A DNA stretch of 64,000 bases from an uncultured archaeon (lineage in GTDB: Archaea > Aenigmatarchaeota > Aenigmatarchaeia > QMZP01 > JACQNV01): contig CAYPFW010000001.1 in the NCBI GenBank assembly GCA_964410585.1, forward strand, positions 416,001 to 480,000, given 5' to 3'. The notes beneath the pieces are model-generated. The model had not been told where the DNA came from, searched no databases, and worked only from the letters and a program-made list of their open reading frames with translations. Positions within the stretch are counted from its first letter, which is position 1; each line of letters opens with the position of its first letter. The translations under genes were made by a program, and so were the position numbers. Shown piece by piece: positions 28,982 through 37,903 of the stretch.

Positions 28982-29058
28982 TATAACAGTGTTATATTTT
29001 TATCTGTCTGTATAACAACGTTATATGCTAATGCTTTGATATATATAACAGTGTTATA
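28982..29058. promoter_or_regulatory. Three TATAAC-N3-GTTATA palindromes (28982-28996, 29011-29025, 29044-29058) in the divergent tes/Rieske promoter region
   Basis: Read directly; same motif at 12264 and 55298. Confidence 0.7.
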
Positions 29059-29140
29059 TAGGCGCCATACAACAGTTTTAAAACAAAAGCTTTTATACCC
29101 AAGCACCAAGAAATACTCAATAGTTTCATGGGGTGGTTCT

Positions 29141-29443
29141 ATGAGTTATGTTTCAGCTGCTAAAATTAAGGATGTAAAAGAAGGTGAGGGAAAGACAGTT
29201 TCTGTAAACGGACAGGAAGTTGCTCTCTTCAACGTCGAAGGAAAATTCCATGCAATTGACAATTCATGTGTCCACAAAGGCGGACCTCTAGGCGAAGGCA
29301 TGCTTGAGGGTGATGTTGTGACTTGCCCTTGGCACGGTTGGAAATACAATGTCAAAACAGGTGTCTCTCCTGTAAAATCATCTGTCTCTGTAAAAGCATT
29401 CAAAACAAAAGTTGTTGGGGACGAGATTCAGGTTGAAGTTTAA
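29141..29443 (+). CDS. Rieske [2Fe-2S] ferredoxin
   Basis: CVHKGGPL...CPWHG; GGGGTGG SD before MSYV. Confidence 0.93.
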   Translation: MSYVSAAKIKDVKEGEGKTVSVNGQEVALFNVEGKFHAIDNSCVHKGGPLGEGMLEGDVVTCPWHGWKYNVKTGVSPVKSSVSVKAFKTKVVGDEIQVEV

Positions 29444-29498
29444 CAAACAGAACTTTTCTAATCATGTGAATATTTAGATATTGGAATCGGCGATCCAA

Positions 29499-32009
29499 AT
29501 GAACCAAACACAAGACATACTAACCAAAGAAGAGGCAGTCAAAAGATCCAAAGCAATAAAAAACGTCCACTACAATCTCCAACTTTTTCTCAAAAAGAAA
29601 AGCAAAAAATATTCAGGGAAAACAGAAATCCAATTCGCATACCAAAAATCAAAAGATCCATTAAGAATTGACTTTATTGGTTCAATTAAAAACCTTCAAA
29701 TAAACAACAAAAAATCAGATTTCCAAAAAAATAACTTTTTCATTTTGCTCCCTTCTAAAAACCTAAAGGAGGGAAAAAACACAGTACACATCGAATATGA
29801 AAATGAATACAACCACACAGGCGATGGTTTGCACCAATTCTTCGATCCAGAAGACCAAACAGAATATTTGTACAGCAATTTTGAGCCATATGATGCACAC
29901 AGAATGTTCCCATGTTTTGACCAACCAGACTTAAAAGCAACATATAGCTTATCAGTCGAATCACCAAAAGAATGGAAAGTGATTTCAAACTCTCCACAAG
30001 ATAAGGTTTTAGAAAACAAAACCAAAACAACGGTTTTCAAAAAAACAAAACCTTTCAGCACCTACCTTTTTTTCGTTGCAGCAGGAAACTATTATGAATT
30101 TCAATCCAAACACAAATCAATAGACATGAAGGTCTTTTGCCGACAATCAATGAAAAAGTACATTAGGTACAAAGAAATATTTTTGGTAACAAAACAAGGC
30201 TTGGACTTTTATTCAAAATTCTTCGGATATCGCTACCCATTTGAAAAATATGATCAAATTTTTGTCCCAGAATTCAATAGCGGTGCAATGGAAAATCCAG
30301 GAGCAATCACATTCAGCGAAAGCTTAGTAACAAGGTACAAACCAACATACACAGAAAGGACAACGCTAGCAGATGTTATTTTGCACGAAATGGTCCACAT
30401 GTGGTTTGGTGACTTGGTGACAATGAAATGGTGGGACGACTTGTGGCTGAATGAGAGCTTTGCAGACTTTTTTTCATATTTCGGTTTAGTCGAAGCAACT
30501 GAATTCAAGGATGCTTGGCAAAATTTTTATTCCAGGAAGTTCTGGGCGTACTACCAAGACCAGCTTATCACAACACATCCAATAGCAACAGATGCCTCTG
30601 ATACAGACATAGCATTCAGCAACTTTGACGGAATAAGCTATGCAAAGGGTGCGGCAACATTAAAACAGCTTATGTTTTATTTAGGTGAAAATACGTTCAA
30701 ACGTGGCCTACAAAAATATTTTAAAAAATACCAATGGAAGAACACAGAACTGAAAGATTTCTTAGGCTGCATGACAGAGGCCGCTGGAATTGACTTGCAG
30801 GAATGGACAAAACTATGGATAGAAACAACAGGCGTCAATTCAATAGAACCATTGTTTGAGTTTGGAGAAGACGGCAAATTAAAATCGCTTTCAATAAAAC
30901 AAAATCCATCAACAGGGAACAATTTATTGAGGCCACACAAGACGCAGATAGGTTTATTTTCAGAAAAAAATGGGAAGTGTGAAAACGAAAAAACAATAAA
31001 CATTTTTTACAAGAATTCTTTAACAAGGGTTGATGAAGCAATAGGCCTTAAACCAGAACTTATTTTCTTGAATTACAATGACCACGATTATGTAAAGGAT
31101 ATTTTAGATGAAAATTCAATTTCATATTCTTTAAAAAACCTGGGAAAAATAAATGACAACCTAACCCGACAAATGATCCTTGGTTCACTTTGGCAGTTAG
31201 TCAGAGACTCAAAATTAGATCCAGAAAAATATTTGAATCTTATTTTAAATCACAGCCCTCAGGAAGAAAACCTATTGATTTTAGAAACCTTGGTTTCCAG
31301 GGCCCTGCAGCTAATCGGTTATTATGTAAACGACAGCAAATACTACTCATATTGTGAAAGACTCTATCAGCTTGGTTGGGAGAATATCAAAAAAGCCCCA
31401 AAGGAAAATAAGGATGCCTGGTTTTCCCTGATAGTATCAACATCAACTGGTGTAAATGACCAAACAAAACTTTACAGCCTACTGGAGGGGAAAATTAAGA
31501 TAGAAAACTTTGAATTTAACCAAGAGCAAAGATGGGACTCTATAATAAGATTATCAGCGTGCGGTTTCAATGAAATAGAAAAAATTATAGAAAAGGAATT
31601 GAAAAGAGACCCAAGCGATAAGGGTAGGAAATCTGCTTTCGAAGCAGAGGTGGCAAACATAAAAAATAAGGATAAAAATTGGAAGCTTTTTGTCGCTGGA
31701 AAGGGCCACTCTTTAGACTACTTGAGAACTGGCATGGGTGCATTTTTCTGGAGAAGACAAAAAGAAGACCTAAGAAAATACATTGATTTGTTTTTTGAAA
31801 ACATAGAAAAAGTCTTTGAAAAGCAGGAAAGGGTATACTCAAAAGCCTTTTACAGAAGTCTCTTCCCCTCAATCTATATTGAAGAGCAAATACTTGAAAA
31901 AGGGGGAAAACTTTTAGGGAAAACCATACCCCCACTTTTAAGGAAAAGTGTTTTGGAATCTTTGGACGAGTTAAAAAGAACAATGAAGATTAGACAAACT
32001 TTCCCTTAA
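29499..32009 (+). CDS. pepN: Aminopeptidase N (M1 family)
   Basis: GAMEN, HEMVHMWFG...WLNESFA, FDGISYAKG. Confidence 0.95.
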   Translation: MNQTQDILTKEEAVKRSKAIKNVHYNLQLFLKKKSKKYSGKTEIQFAYQKSKDPLRIDFIGSIKNLQINNKKSDFQKNNFFILLPSKNLKEGKNTVHIEYENEYNHTGDGLHQFFDPEDQTEYLYSNFEPYDAHRMFPCFDQPDLKATYSLSVESPKEWKVISNSPQDKVLENKTKTTVFKKTKPFSTYLFFVAAGNYYEFQSKHKSIDMKVFCRQSMKKYIRYKEIFLVTKQGLDFYSKFFGYRYPFEKYDQIFVPEFNSGAMENPGAITFSESLVTRYKPTYTERTTLADVILHEMVHMWFGDLVTMKWWDDLWLNESFADFFSYFGLVEATEFKDAWQNFYSRKFWAYYQDQLITTHPIATDASDTDIAFSNFDGISYAKGAATLKQLMFYLGENTFKRGLQKYFKKYQWKNTELKDFLGCMTEAAGIDLQEWTKLWIETTGVNSIEPLFEFGEDGKLKSLSIKQNPSTGNNLLRPHKTQIGLFSEKNGKCENEKTINIFYKNSLTRVDEAIGLKPELIFLNYNDHDYVKDILDENSISYSLKNLGKINDNLTRQMILGSLWQLVRDSKLDPEKYLNLILNHSPQEENLLILETLVSRALQLIGYYVNDSKYYSYCERLYQLGWENIKKAPKENKDAWFSLIVSTSTGVNDQTKLYSLLEGKIKIENFEFNQEQRWDSIIRLSACGFNEIEKIIEKELKRDPSDKGRKSAFEAEVANIKNKDKNWKLFVAGKGHSLDYLRTGMGAFFWRRQKEDLRKYIDLFFENIEKVFEKQERVYSKAFYRSLFPSIYIEEQILEKGGKLLGKTIPPLLRKSVLESLDELKRTMKIRQTFP

Positions 32010-32035
32010 TATAGGCATTGGTCACAAGTAATACT

Positions 32036-32137
32036 ATGAAGAAAAACATGTCACACAAAAAAACAGCAGCCCTAACCTTTTTTTTATCTGTTTTTACATT
32101 CTTAGGAGTCTTACTTATTCAGACTTTAGTTTCTTAA
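32036..32137 (+). CDS. Possible 33-aa single-TM peptide
   Basis: MKKNMSHKKTAALTFFLSVFTFLGVLLIQTLVS fills the gap between pepN and primase. Confidence 0.3.
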   Translation: MKKNMSHKKTAALTFFLSVFTFLGVLLIQTLVS

Positions 32138-32159
32138 ATCCAAAATACATCTAACCTTC

Positions 32160-33488
32160 ATGGATAAGCAGCAAATTCAGGCATATTATTCTCGTGAAGA
32201 TATCAGGCAAAAAATCTTAGAAATTTCTAAAAATAGGGAAGTTGTTGGTGTCTTCCAAGATGGTGCATATTCTAAAAGGCCAAACTCTATTTCCTATCCA
32301 GCTGACATTGATTCGATGATCAAAACAGGCATAGTGGAATTACATGGTTCAATAGAACATTGGCAAAACCCAAATACTGTAAAGGATAGAGTAGGATGGG
32401 ACATGATTTTAGACCTTGATTGCGACAAAACAGAACACGGAAAAATCTGCGCCCAAGCTCTTGTATCTTGTTTAAAAAAATATGGAGTTAAAAATATCTC
32501 AATTAAGTTTACAGGAGGAACAGGTTTTCATTTAGGTATATCTTGGGCATCTATTCCAAAGGAAATAAACTACGAACCTGCACAAAACTTATTCCCAGAT
32601 GTTGCAAGAAAAATAGCTCTTTTTTTGAAAGAACAAATCCGCAATGATTTTTCTAAAATACTGTTAAACAAATATTCTCCAGAACAACTCGCCCAGGATG
32701 TTGGACGCCCATTGGGTGAAATTATAAAAGATGAGGGCCTAGACCCATTTGAAATCGTTGAGGTTGATCCCATTTTGATTTCTTCTAGGCACCTTTTCCG
32801 TCTCCCGTATTCCTTAAACAAGAGCTCATTTTTAGTTTCCGTTCCATTGAAGATAGAGGATATAGAAGATTTCAAAAAAGAGGAAGCATCTCCGGATAAA
32901 ATAAAACCTGTTTTGGGTTTTTTGGATACAGGGGAAAAAAATGAATCTGAGTTACTGATTGCAGAAACCCTAGATTGGTGGACAAAAAACAAACCACCTG
33001 AAAAGCCAAAAAAGAAAATAGAAATAAAGGAGGCTATACAATCTGATTTCTTCCCACCATGCATCAAAAATATTTCTCAAGGATTAAAAGATGGGAAAAA
33101 ACGGGGCGTGTTTGTTTTGATGAATTTTTTGTCTTCAGCAAAATGGGATTGGACAAAAATTGAGGAATACATACAACAGTGGAACCAGAAAAATCAGCCA
33201 CCTCTTCCAGATTCCTACATAACATCCCAAATAAGATACAACAGCAGAAAAGATCCAAAGCCTCCACCAAATTGTCCAGAGTCTGTAACGAGATCTGAAA
33301 AGGGTAGTAGAGGATACTATGATTCAATGGGTGTATGTCAACCAAACGAAGTTTGCCAGAAAATAAAAAATCCAATCAGCTATCCATTTTTTGTTTCAAC
33401 TGAAAGTGTTTTGAAAAAAACAGAGATGAAAAAGGAAAAAGCCTCAAGACAAGAACCAAGAGATAGAAGAGAAAATTTTGATATGTAG
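32160..33488 (+). CDS. DNA primase, fused small+large subunit (PriS-PriL)
   Basis: WDMILDLD, KFTGGTGFH, RHLFRLPYSLN, followed by PriL-CTD FPPCI...PPNC...C....C..IKNP. Confidence 0.9.
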   Translation: MDKQQIQAYYSREDIRQKILEISKNREVVGVFQDGAYSKRPNSISYPADIDSMIKTGIVELHGSIEHWQNPNTVKDRVGWDMILDLDCDKTEHGKICAQALVSCLKKYGVKNISIKFTGGTGFHLGISWASIPKEINYEPAQNLFPDVARKIALFLKEQIRNDFSKILLNKYSPEQLAQDVGRPLGEIIKDEGLDPFEIVEVDPILISSRHLFRLPYSLNKSSFLVSVPLKIEDIEDFKKEEASPDKIKPVLGFLDTGEKNESELLIAETLDWWTKNKPPEKPKKKIEIKEAIQSDFFPPCIKNISQGLKDGKKRGVFVLMNFLSSAKWDWTKIEEYIQQWNQKNQPPLPDSYITSQIRYNSRKDPKPPPNCPESVTRSEKGSRGYYDSMGVCQPNEVCQKIKNPISYPFFVSTESVLKKTEMKKEKASRQEPRDRRENFDM

Positions 33489-33489
33489 T

Positions 33490-33768
33490 CTAGCCTTTCT
33501 TTTCAAAAAGATCAGCATCTCACTATGTGATGATGCTGAGATGTCGTGTGCTTGCACATCGTAATTGGAAGCTGGTTTCAGAGACCAGCTTCGGTATCCG
33601 CCTGTGAGCACATCTTGAGTGAGACAAGCTCACTCAATCTCGTGCCCTGTTAACCGCTATATGGTTAATTGGAGACACGAAAGCGGTAAGGTATCGGAAA
33701 GAAAACGGTATACACCTAACCCCTTTAGAAAAAGAAGGTGTAAGCTATCCCAAGAAAACTAATTTACA
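33490..33768 (+). repeat. Composite element: family B copy expanded by module C (33512-33679), which contains module D (33560-33598); second B copy at 33716-33768
   Basis: B arms match 46613 and 62646; C ends TCAGCATCTC...GGAGACACG match 46638-46714; D TTGGAAGCTG...AGCTTCGGTATC matches 45236-45274. Confidence 0.8.
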
Positions 33769-33797
33769 AGTCTAAAAAACATAACCAATTTCTATTT

Positions 33798-34076
33798 TTA
33801 AAGTCTTCCATATTTTTTATGAGCCTGCTCAGCTGTTAAGAATTCTGTAACCTTCACAACTTTATTTTCGATATCAATAACATAGAAAAATCTATAATCC
33901 CCAACCCTTAATCTATAAGCAGATCTCCGCGTTCCTTTTATTTCCTTTTTATCGCCATCTGGACTAGGAAAGGGATTTTCGAGAGATTTTAATTTTTCTT
34001 TAAATCTCGCAGATTCCTTTGTTGGGAAGCTATTTATTTTACTCAAAACTTCTGTCTCAACGAGAACCTGGAACAT
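33798..34076 (-). CDS. RelE/ParE family toxin
   Basis: L.ENPF, YRLRVGDYRFFY.ID. Confidence 0.92.
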   Translation of the reverse strand: MFQVLVETEVLSKINSFPTKESARFKEKLKSLENPFPSPDGDKKEIKGTRRSAYRLRVGDYRFFYVIDIENKVVKVTEFLTAEQAHKKYGRL

Positions 34077-34262
34077 TTACAACTCCACAAACTTGCCCTT
34101 TTTAGCTATTTCATTTTGAGTTTCTACAAAAAAGTCTATCCTTGCTATCCTTTCATGCTCCTGTATAAGTTTATTTATTAGACTATCGTAAGTGTCATTC
34201 ATACTTCCTATACTTTTTAACTTTTGCTGGGTTTCCCTTTCAACTTGTATTGTTGTTTTCAT
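34077..34262 (-). CDS. Antitoxin (RHH-like)
   Basis: MKTTIQV...LK....TYD.LI..LI; directly upstream of RelE. Confidence 0.82.
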   Translation of the reverse strand: MKTTIQVERETQQKLKSIGSMNDTYDSLINKLIQEHERIARIDFFVETQNEIAKKGKFVEL

Positions 34263-34358
34263 AATATATAATAAGATATAGTTATATATAAAGATTATCA
34301 ATTAGCAATAAAAACAGAAAAACTGGAGTAATTTAAAACCTCTTTCTATTTTATAACT

Positions 34359-34856
34359 ATGCTAACCTACGAAACAATACGAAAAATACTAGATGAAGAA
34401 AAAGCCTCGCCAAATTTGGCCAAAATCCCAGCTGATTTTTTCAAACAGGCGAAAGAATATTTGGAGAAAAAAGCACAGGTTTCAAAGGATTGGGAATTTG
34501 AATCAACAGAGAGGAGGCTCAAAGACATAATCGACTTGAGGGAAAAGAAGGTTATAATGTTTGCAATGTATGCTGTCAGAGCAAACACAGATGTCCAAAA
34601 CTTGACAGAAGAAGAAATGGAACTCTTTAATACTGTTTTGAATGGTATCAAACTTTTCAGAGAAGGCATAGATAAGCAAATGTCAGCAAAAAAAGGAGAG
34701 CCTGTTGTTATTTTAAATGATGTTGGCGAGTTTGTTGGAATAAATATGGCTGTTTACGGCCCATTCAAATCCGGTGATATTGTTACCCTACCCAAACCAA
34801 ACGCAGAATTAATTGTGAAAAAAGGCTACGGCAAGAGGCTGAATATACCTGCTTAA
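34359..34856 (+). CDS. GINS complex subunit (Gins15/51-like)
   Basis: L.KIP.DFF, RE.K, C-terminal B domain FVG.N...YGPF..GD.V.LP..NA. Confidence 0.88.
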   Translation: MLTYETIRKILDEEKASPNLAKIPADFFKQAKEYLEKKAQVSKDWEFESTERRLKDIIDLREKKVIMFAMYAVRANTDVQNLTEEEMELFNTVLNGIKLFREGIDKQMSAKKGEPVVILNDVGEFVGINMAVYGPFKSGDIVTLPKPNAELIVKKGYGKRLNIPA

Positions 34857-34925
34857 ATGTATATAAATACTCTAGATACAATCATATGAATCTGACAGCT
34901 TTCTTTTAGAAGCGATAGGGTAATT

Positions 34926-35213
34926 ATGAAATTTCCAAAAGAGATTAGGATCTATTGTCCAAAGTGTAAAAAACATACAGAACACAAAGTGAAGCAAGAA
35001 AAGAAAAGAGCAAGAAGTTCAAAGCATCCAGATTCATCATCGCAGAGGCGTTTTCAGCGAAAAATGAAAGGTTACCACGGTTTCCCAAGACCACAACCAA
35101 GTGGCGAAGGCAAACCAACAAAAAAAGTTGATTTGAGATACAAATGCTCTGTATGCGGGAAATCACAAATAAGAGGCATGGGATTTAGGGTTAAAAAATT
35201 AGAACTTACATAA
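34926..35213 (+). CDS. rpl44e: 50S ribosomal protein L44e
   Basis: [28 protein letters not shown]. Confidence 0.96.
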   Translation: MKFPKEIRIYCPKCKKHTEHKVKQEKKRARSSKHPDSSSQRRFQRKMKGYHGFPRPQPSGEGKPTKKVDLRYKCSVCGKSQIRGMGFRVKKLELT

Positions 35214-35215
35214 TT

Positions 35216-35383
35216 ATGGCATCTGGATTTTTCAAAGTAAAATGTGAGAAGTGTAAGAACGAGCAGACTGTTTTCGAGAAGGTCTCGACAAAAGTTGAGT
35301 GTTTAGTTTGTGGAGAAATTTTAGCAGAACCAACAGGCGGAAGGACAAATTTTAAAGTGACAGAACTTACAGCTGTTAAGTAA
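35216..35383 (+). CDS. rps27e: 30S ribosomal protein S27e (not in ORF track, 55 aa)
   Basis: MASGFFKVKCEKCKNEQTVF...VECLVCGEILAEPTGG. Confidence 0.95.
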   Translation: MASGFFKVKCEKCKNEQTVFEKVSTKVECLVCGEILAEPTGGRTNFKVTELTAVK

Positions 35384-35405
35384 ATTCCTGACTTCAAAGC
35401 TCATA

Positions 35406-36032
35406 ATGACTGAGTTCATTTACAAAGAAACAGAATATAATTGGAGAGAGGAATTCCCTAAACTGGGTCTCGAGCTTTTTCTACAGCAGAAATTAAAAAA
35501 ATTCAATGACAAAAACACGCACCAAGCAGTCCTAAATATCCTGAAGGAAATGATTTCTGGAAGCTATAATTTTGAATGGTTTTACGAAAACTACTCTGAC
35601 AAAAAATTTGAAGGCACATGTCACCAAATTTCACCTGTTTTTGCCTTATTTTTGGCTGCCCTTGGAATAGAAGTTGCTTTTTTGGAGTTTTACCAAGTTT
35701 CAGACAGAAGCTCAACAGATCCTGAAAAAGCAGAAAAGAAATTTGAGAAACTTGGGTATAATCCATATTGTTTAGTTGAGGCGAGATTTTGGAATGACAA
35801 ATTTTTGATTTCGCCTAAACATTTTAACCAAGATTTAGTGAGCTTACTTCAGCCTGTTTCACACAGGGAATTTGTTGGGGTATTGCCACATCCAGAAGAT
35901 CCAGACAAGAGCGGCGTCTATTTGAAAAATTTGAACAAAACAGGAAGAGAAGCTGTTTGGATGAAAAAGGATTATAAAGAAGAAAAAGAAGAATACTTTA
36001 GGTGTTTTGAAAAGAAACGAGTTAAGACTTAA
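35406..36032 (+). CDS. Hypothetical protein
   Basis: 208 aa; GTCHQ weakly recalls a transglutaminase/NAT-like Cys. Confidence 0.65.
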   Translation: MTEFIYKETEYNWREEFPKLGLELFLQQKLKKFNDKNTHQAVLNILKEMISGSYNFEWFYENYSDKKFEGTCHQISPVFALFLAALGIEVAFLEFYQVSDRSSTDPEKAEKKFEKLGYNPYCLVEARFWNDKFLISPKHFNQDLVSLLQPVSHREFVGVLPHPEDPDKSGVYLKNLNKTGREAVWMKKDYKEEKEEYFRCFEKKRVKT

Positions 36033-36954
36033 CTTCTAAAAAACCTTTAATCAATGGCACAATTTCCTTCCTCATTATTATAGCGTTTCTTTTTGCAACA
36101 TTATTTTCAAATTTTATATTGAAGATTTTTGTCACAAGCTCTTCAGATTTCTTATCAATAATCACAAATTTGTTGAAAGCCTTTTCGACGTCTATACAGC
36201 TCAAAAACATCACATCGAGAGCATTCTGTTGCTTGATTTCATCTAAGGCTTTTAGTATGGAATCAAAATTGTTTTTAATAAAATCATCAACTTTAACTAT
36301 TTCTAGCTGGACTATACCAATTTTTGTTTTGAAATCAAAGTAGGCAAAATCGTTTAGGAAGACATCTTTCAGCGGCTTGTCAAAATTGGATTTGTGCTCG
36401 AACATTTCATGAATATAATTTTTTGGTAAGCTGAGATGATTTTTCAGCCATTTGGCCATTTTCCTATCTCTTTCTGTTGTTACGTTTGCTTGGAAGTTAA
36501 CTGTGTTTGAAACTATGGAAGAATATAGAAGAGCTGCAGATTCTTTAGAAATTTCAATTTTGTTTTTGTAGAATTTTTCAGCTATCAAAGTTGCTGCTGA
36601 ACCTACAAGCTCAATTTGCACTTTTGCGTTTGGGAATTTGTTCGCTTGGTTAATTTTCCTGTGGTCAATTATTCCAACAACTTTAGAGGGATCAATTTCT
36701 TTTGAGATGCCTTTTAAGTCACTGCTATCTACAAGAACGATATTTTCATATTTCTCAACTAATTTTTCAGCATTTTTCATTTTACTGATACCAAACTCAT
36801 CAAAAACAAATTGGGCTTCCCTGTGAATAGTTCCAAAAATTCCAGCAACTGCGTCCTCTCCTTTCTTTTTTAGAAATTCGGAATAAGCGAAAGCACATGC
36901 TGTCCCATCAAGATCTGGGTTTTGATAAGCTGTAACAAGTATTTTAGGCTTCAT
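36022..36954 (-). CDS. ppaC: Mn-dependent inorganic pyrophosphatase (DHH/DHHA2)
   Basis: NPDLD, LVD, IIDHR, VGSAATL, C-terminal MRKEIVP. Confidence 0.88.
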   Translation of the reverse strand: MKPKILVTAYQNPDLDGTACAFAYSEFLKKKGEDAVAGIFGTIHREAQFVFDEFGISKMKNAEKLVEKYENIVLVDSSDLKGISKEIDPSKVVGIIDHRKINQANKFPNAKVQIELVGSAATLIAEKFYKNKIEISKESAALLYSSIVSNTVNFQANVTTERDRKMAKWLKNHLSLPKNYIHEMFEHKSNFDKPLKDVFLNDFAYFDFKTKIGIVQLEIVKVDDFIKNNFDSILKALDEIKQQNALDVMFLSCIDVEKAFNKFVIIDKKSEELVTKIFNIKFENNVAKRNAIIMRKEIVPLIKGFLEVKS

Positions 36955-37016
36955 ATCATCTTATTTAAGTATATTATTTAATAAGTGAATTGTATCATTT
37001 TCAATAAAGGTTAATC

Positions 37017-37100
37017 GTGGAAGGCGTTTAAAAATTTTTCGAAGCGAACTGAGAAAAATTTTAGCCTCCTGTTTTGATTAACCTTTTGGGACAAAAGGTT
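37017..37100 (+). repeat. Family A repeat, copy 5
   Basis: AAAATTTTTC-GA-AGCGAACT-GA-GAAAAATTTT stem; 3' part identical to copy 4; ends at the eIF2a ATG. Confidence 0.92.
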
Positions 37101-37865
37101 ATGAGGAAGACTGGATTTCCAAAATGGGGAGAATTGGTTATTGTTAGGATAACCAAGATAAACCCACATTCAGCAACAGCAGACCTAATAGAATACAAAA
37201 GAACAGGCTATATTCAAGCTGTAGAAGTTGCAAAAAAGTGGGTCAGAAATATTTCCGAGTTTTTGAAAGAAGGACAGTTTGTTGTTTGTAGAGTTTTGAG
37301 ATCTGATCAAAACAACATAGATTTATCTGTAAAAAGAGTTGCAAGAGAAGAAGCAAACAGAAAGCTCAGCGCATTTAAAAGGGAAACAAGATTTGAAAAG
37401 TTATTCGAGATTGTTGCAAAGGAGTTTGGAAAAGACTTAGAAACAGCTTACAAGGAAGTGGGTTTTGACTTGCAGGAAAATTTTGGTTCAATTGAAAAGG
37501 CTTTTGAAATTGCTTGGAAAAATCCAGAGCTTTTGAAACAAAGGGTAAACAAGAGAGATTGGATAGAAAAACTAATTGATCTTGCCAATAAAACATTCAC
37601 TGAAAAGACACATGAAATGAAATCAAATTTAAAATTAATTTCATATAATTCAGGTGGTTTGAACATAATCAAAAGCGCATTAGGAAAGGCTGCAAAATCC
37701 GACCTAGAAGTCAGGTACATGTCTGCACCAAACTACCAATTAATCGGAAAGGGGAAAGACATCAAAAAACTTCGAGCTACTTTAGAACAGGTTTCAGAAG
37801 AGGTTGTCAAAGAAGTGAACAAACATAGAGGCGACTGCTCTTTTTCTATTGAAGGAAAACACTAG
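37101..37865 (+). CDS. eif2a: Translation initiation factor 2 alpha
   Basis: FPKWGELV S1 domain, IDLSVKRV, YMSAPNY. Confidence 0.93.
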   Translation: MRKTGFPKWGELVIVRITKINPHSATADLIEYKRTGYIQAVEVAKKWVRNISEFLKEGQFVVCRVLRSDQNNIDLSVKRVAREEANRKLSAFKRETRFEKLFEIVAKEFGKDLETAYKEVGFDLQENFGSIEKAFEIAWKNPELLKQRVNKRDWIEKLIDLANKTFTEKTHEMKSNLKLISYNSGGLNIIKSALGKAAKSDLEVRYMSAPNYQLIGKGKDIKKLRATLEQVSEEVVKEVNKHRGDCSFSIEGKH

Positions 37866-37903
37866 CATTGAGGCATTTATATCTGGAAACAAAAATTACT
37901 ATT

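Noticed and set aside
28982-29058. Possible mini-CRISPR (three repeats at regular spacing)
   Set aside because: Repeats are only 15 nt with 14-18 nt gaps and there are no cas genes; fits operator sites better.
33490-33768. Possible SRP RNA or RNase P RNA (~280 nt, structured)
   Set aside because: No SRP helix-8 motif and no RNase P GAGGAAAGTCC core seen; the region decomposes into repeat modules found elsewhere in the window.
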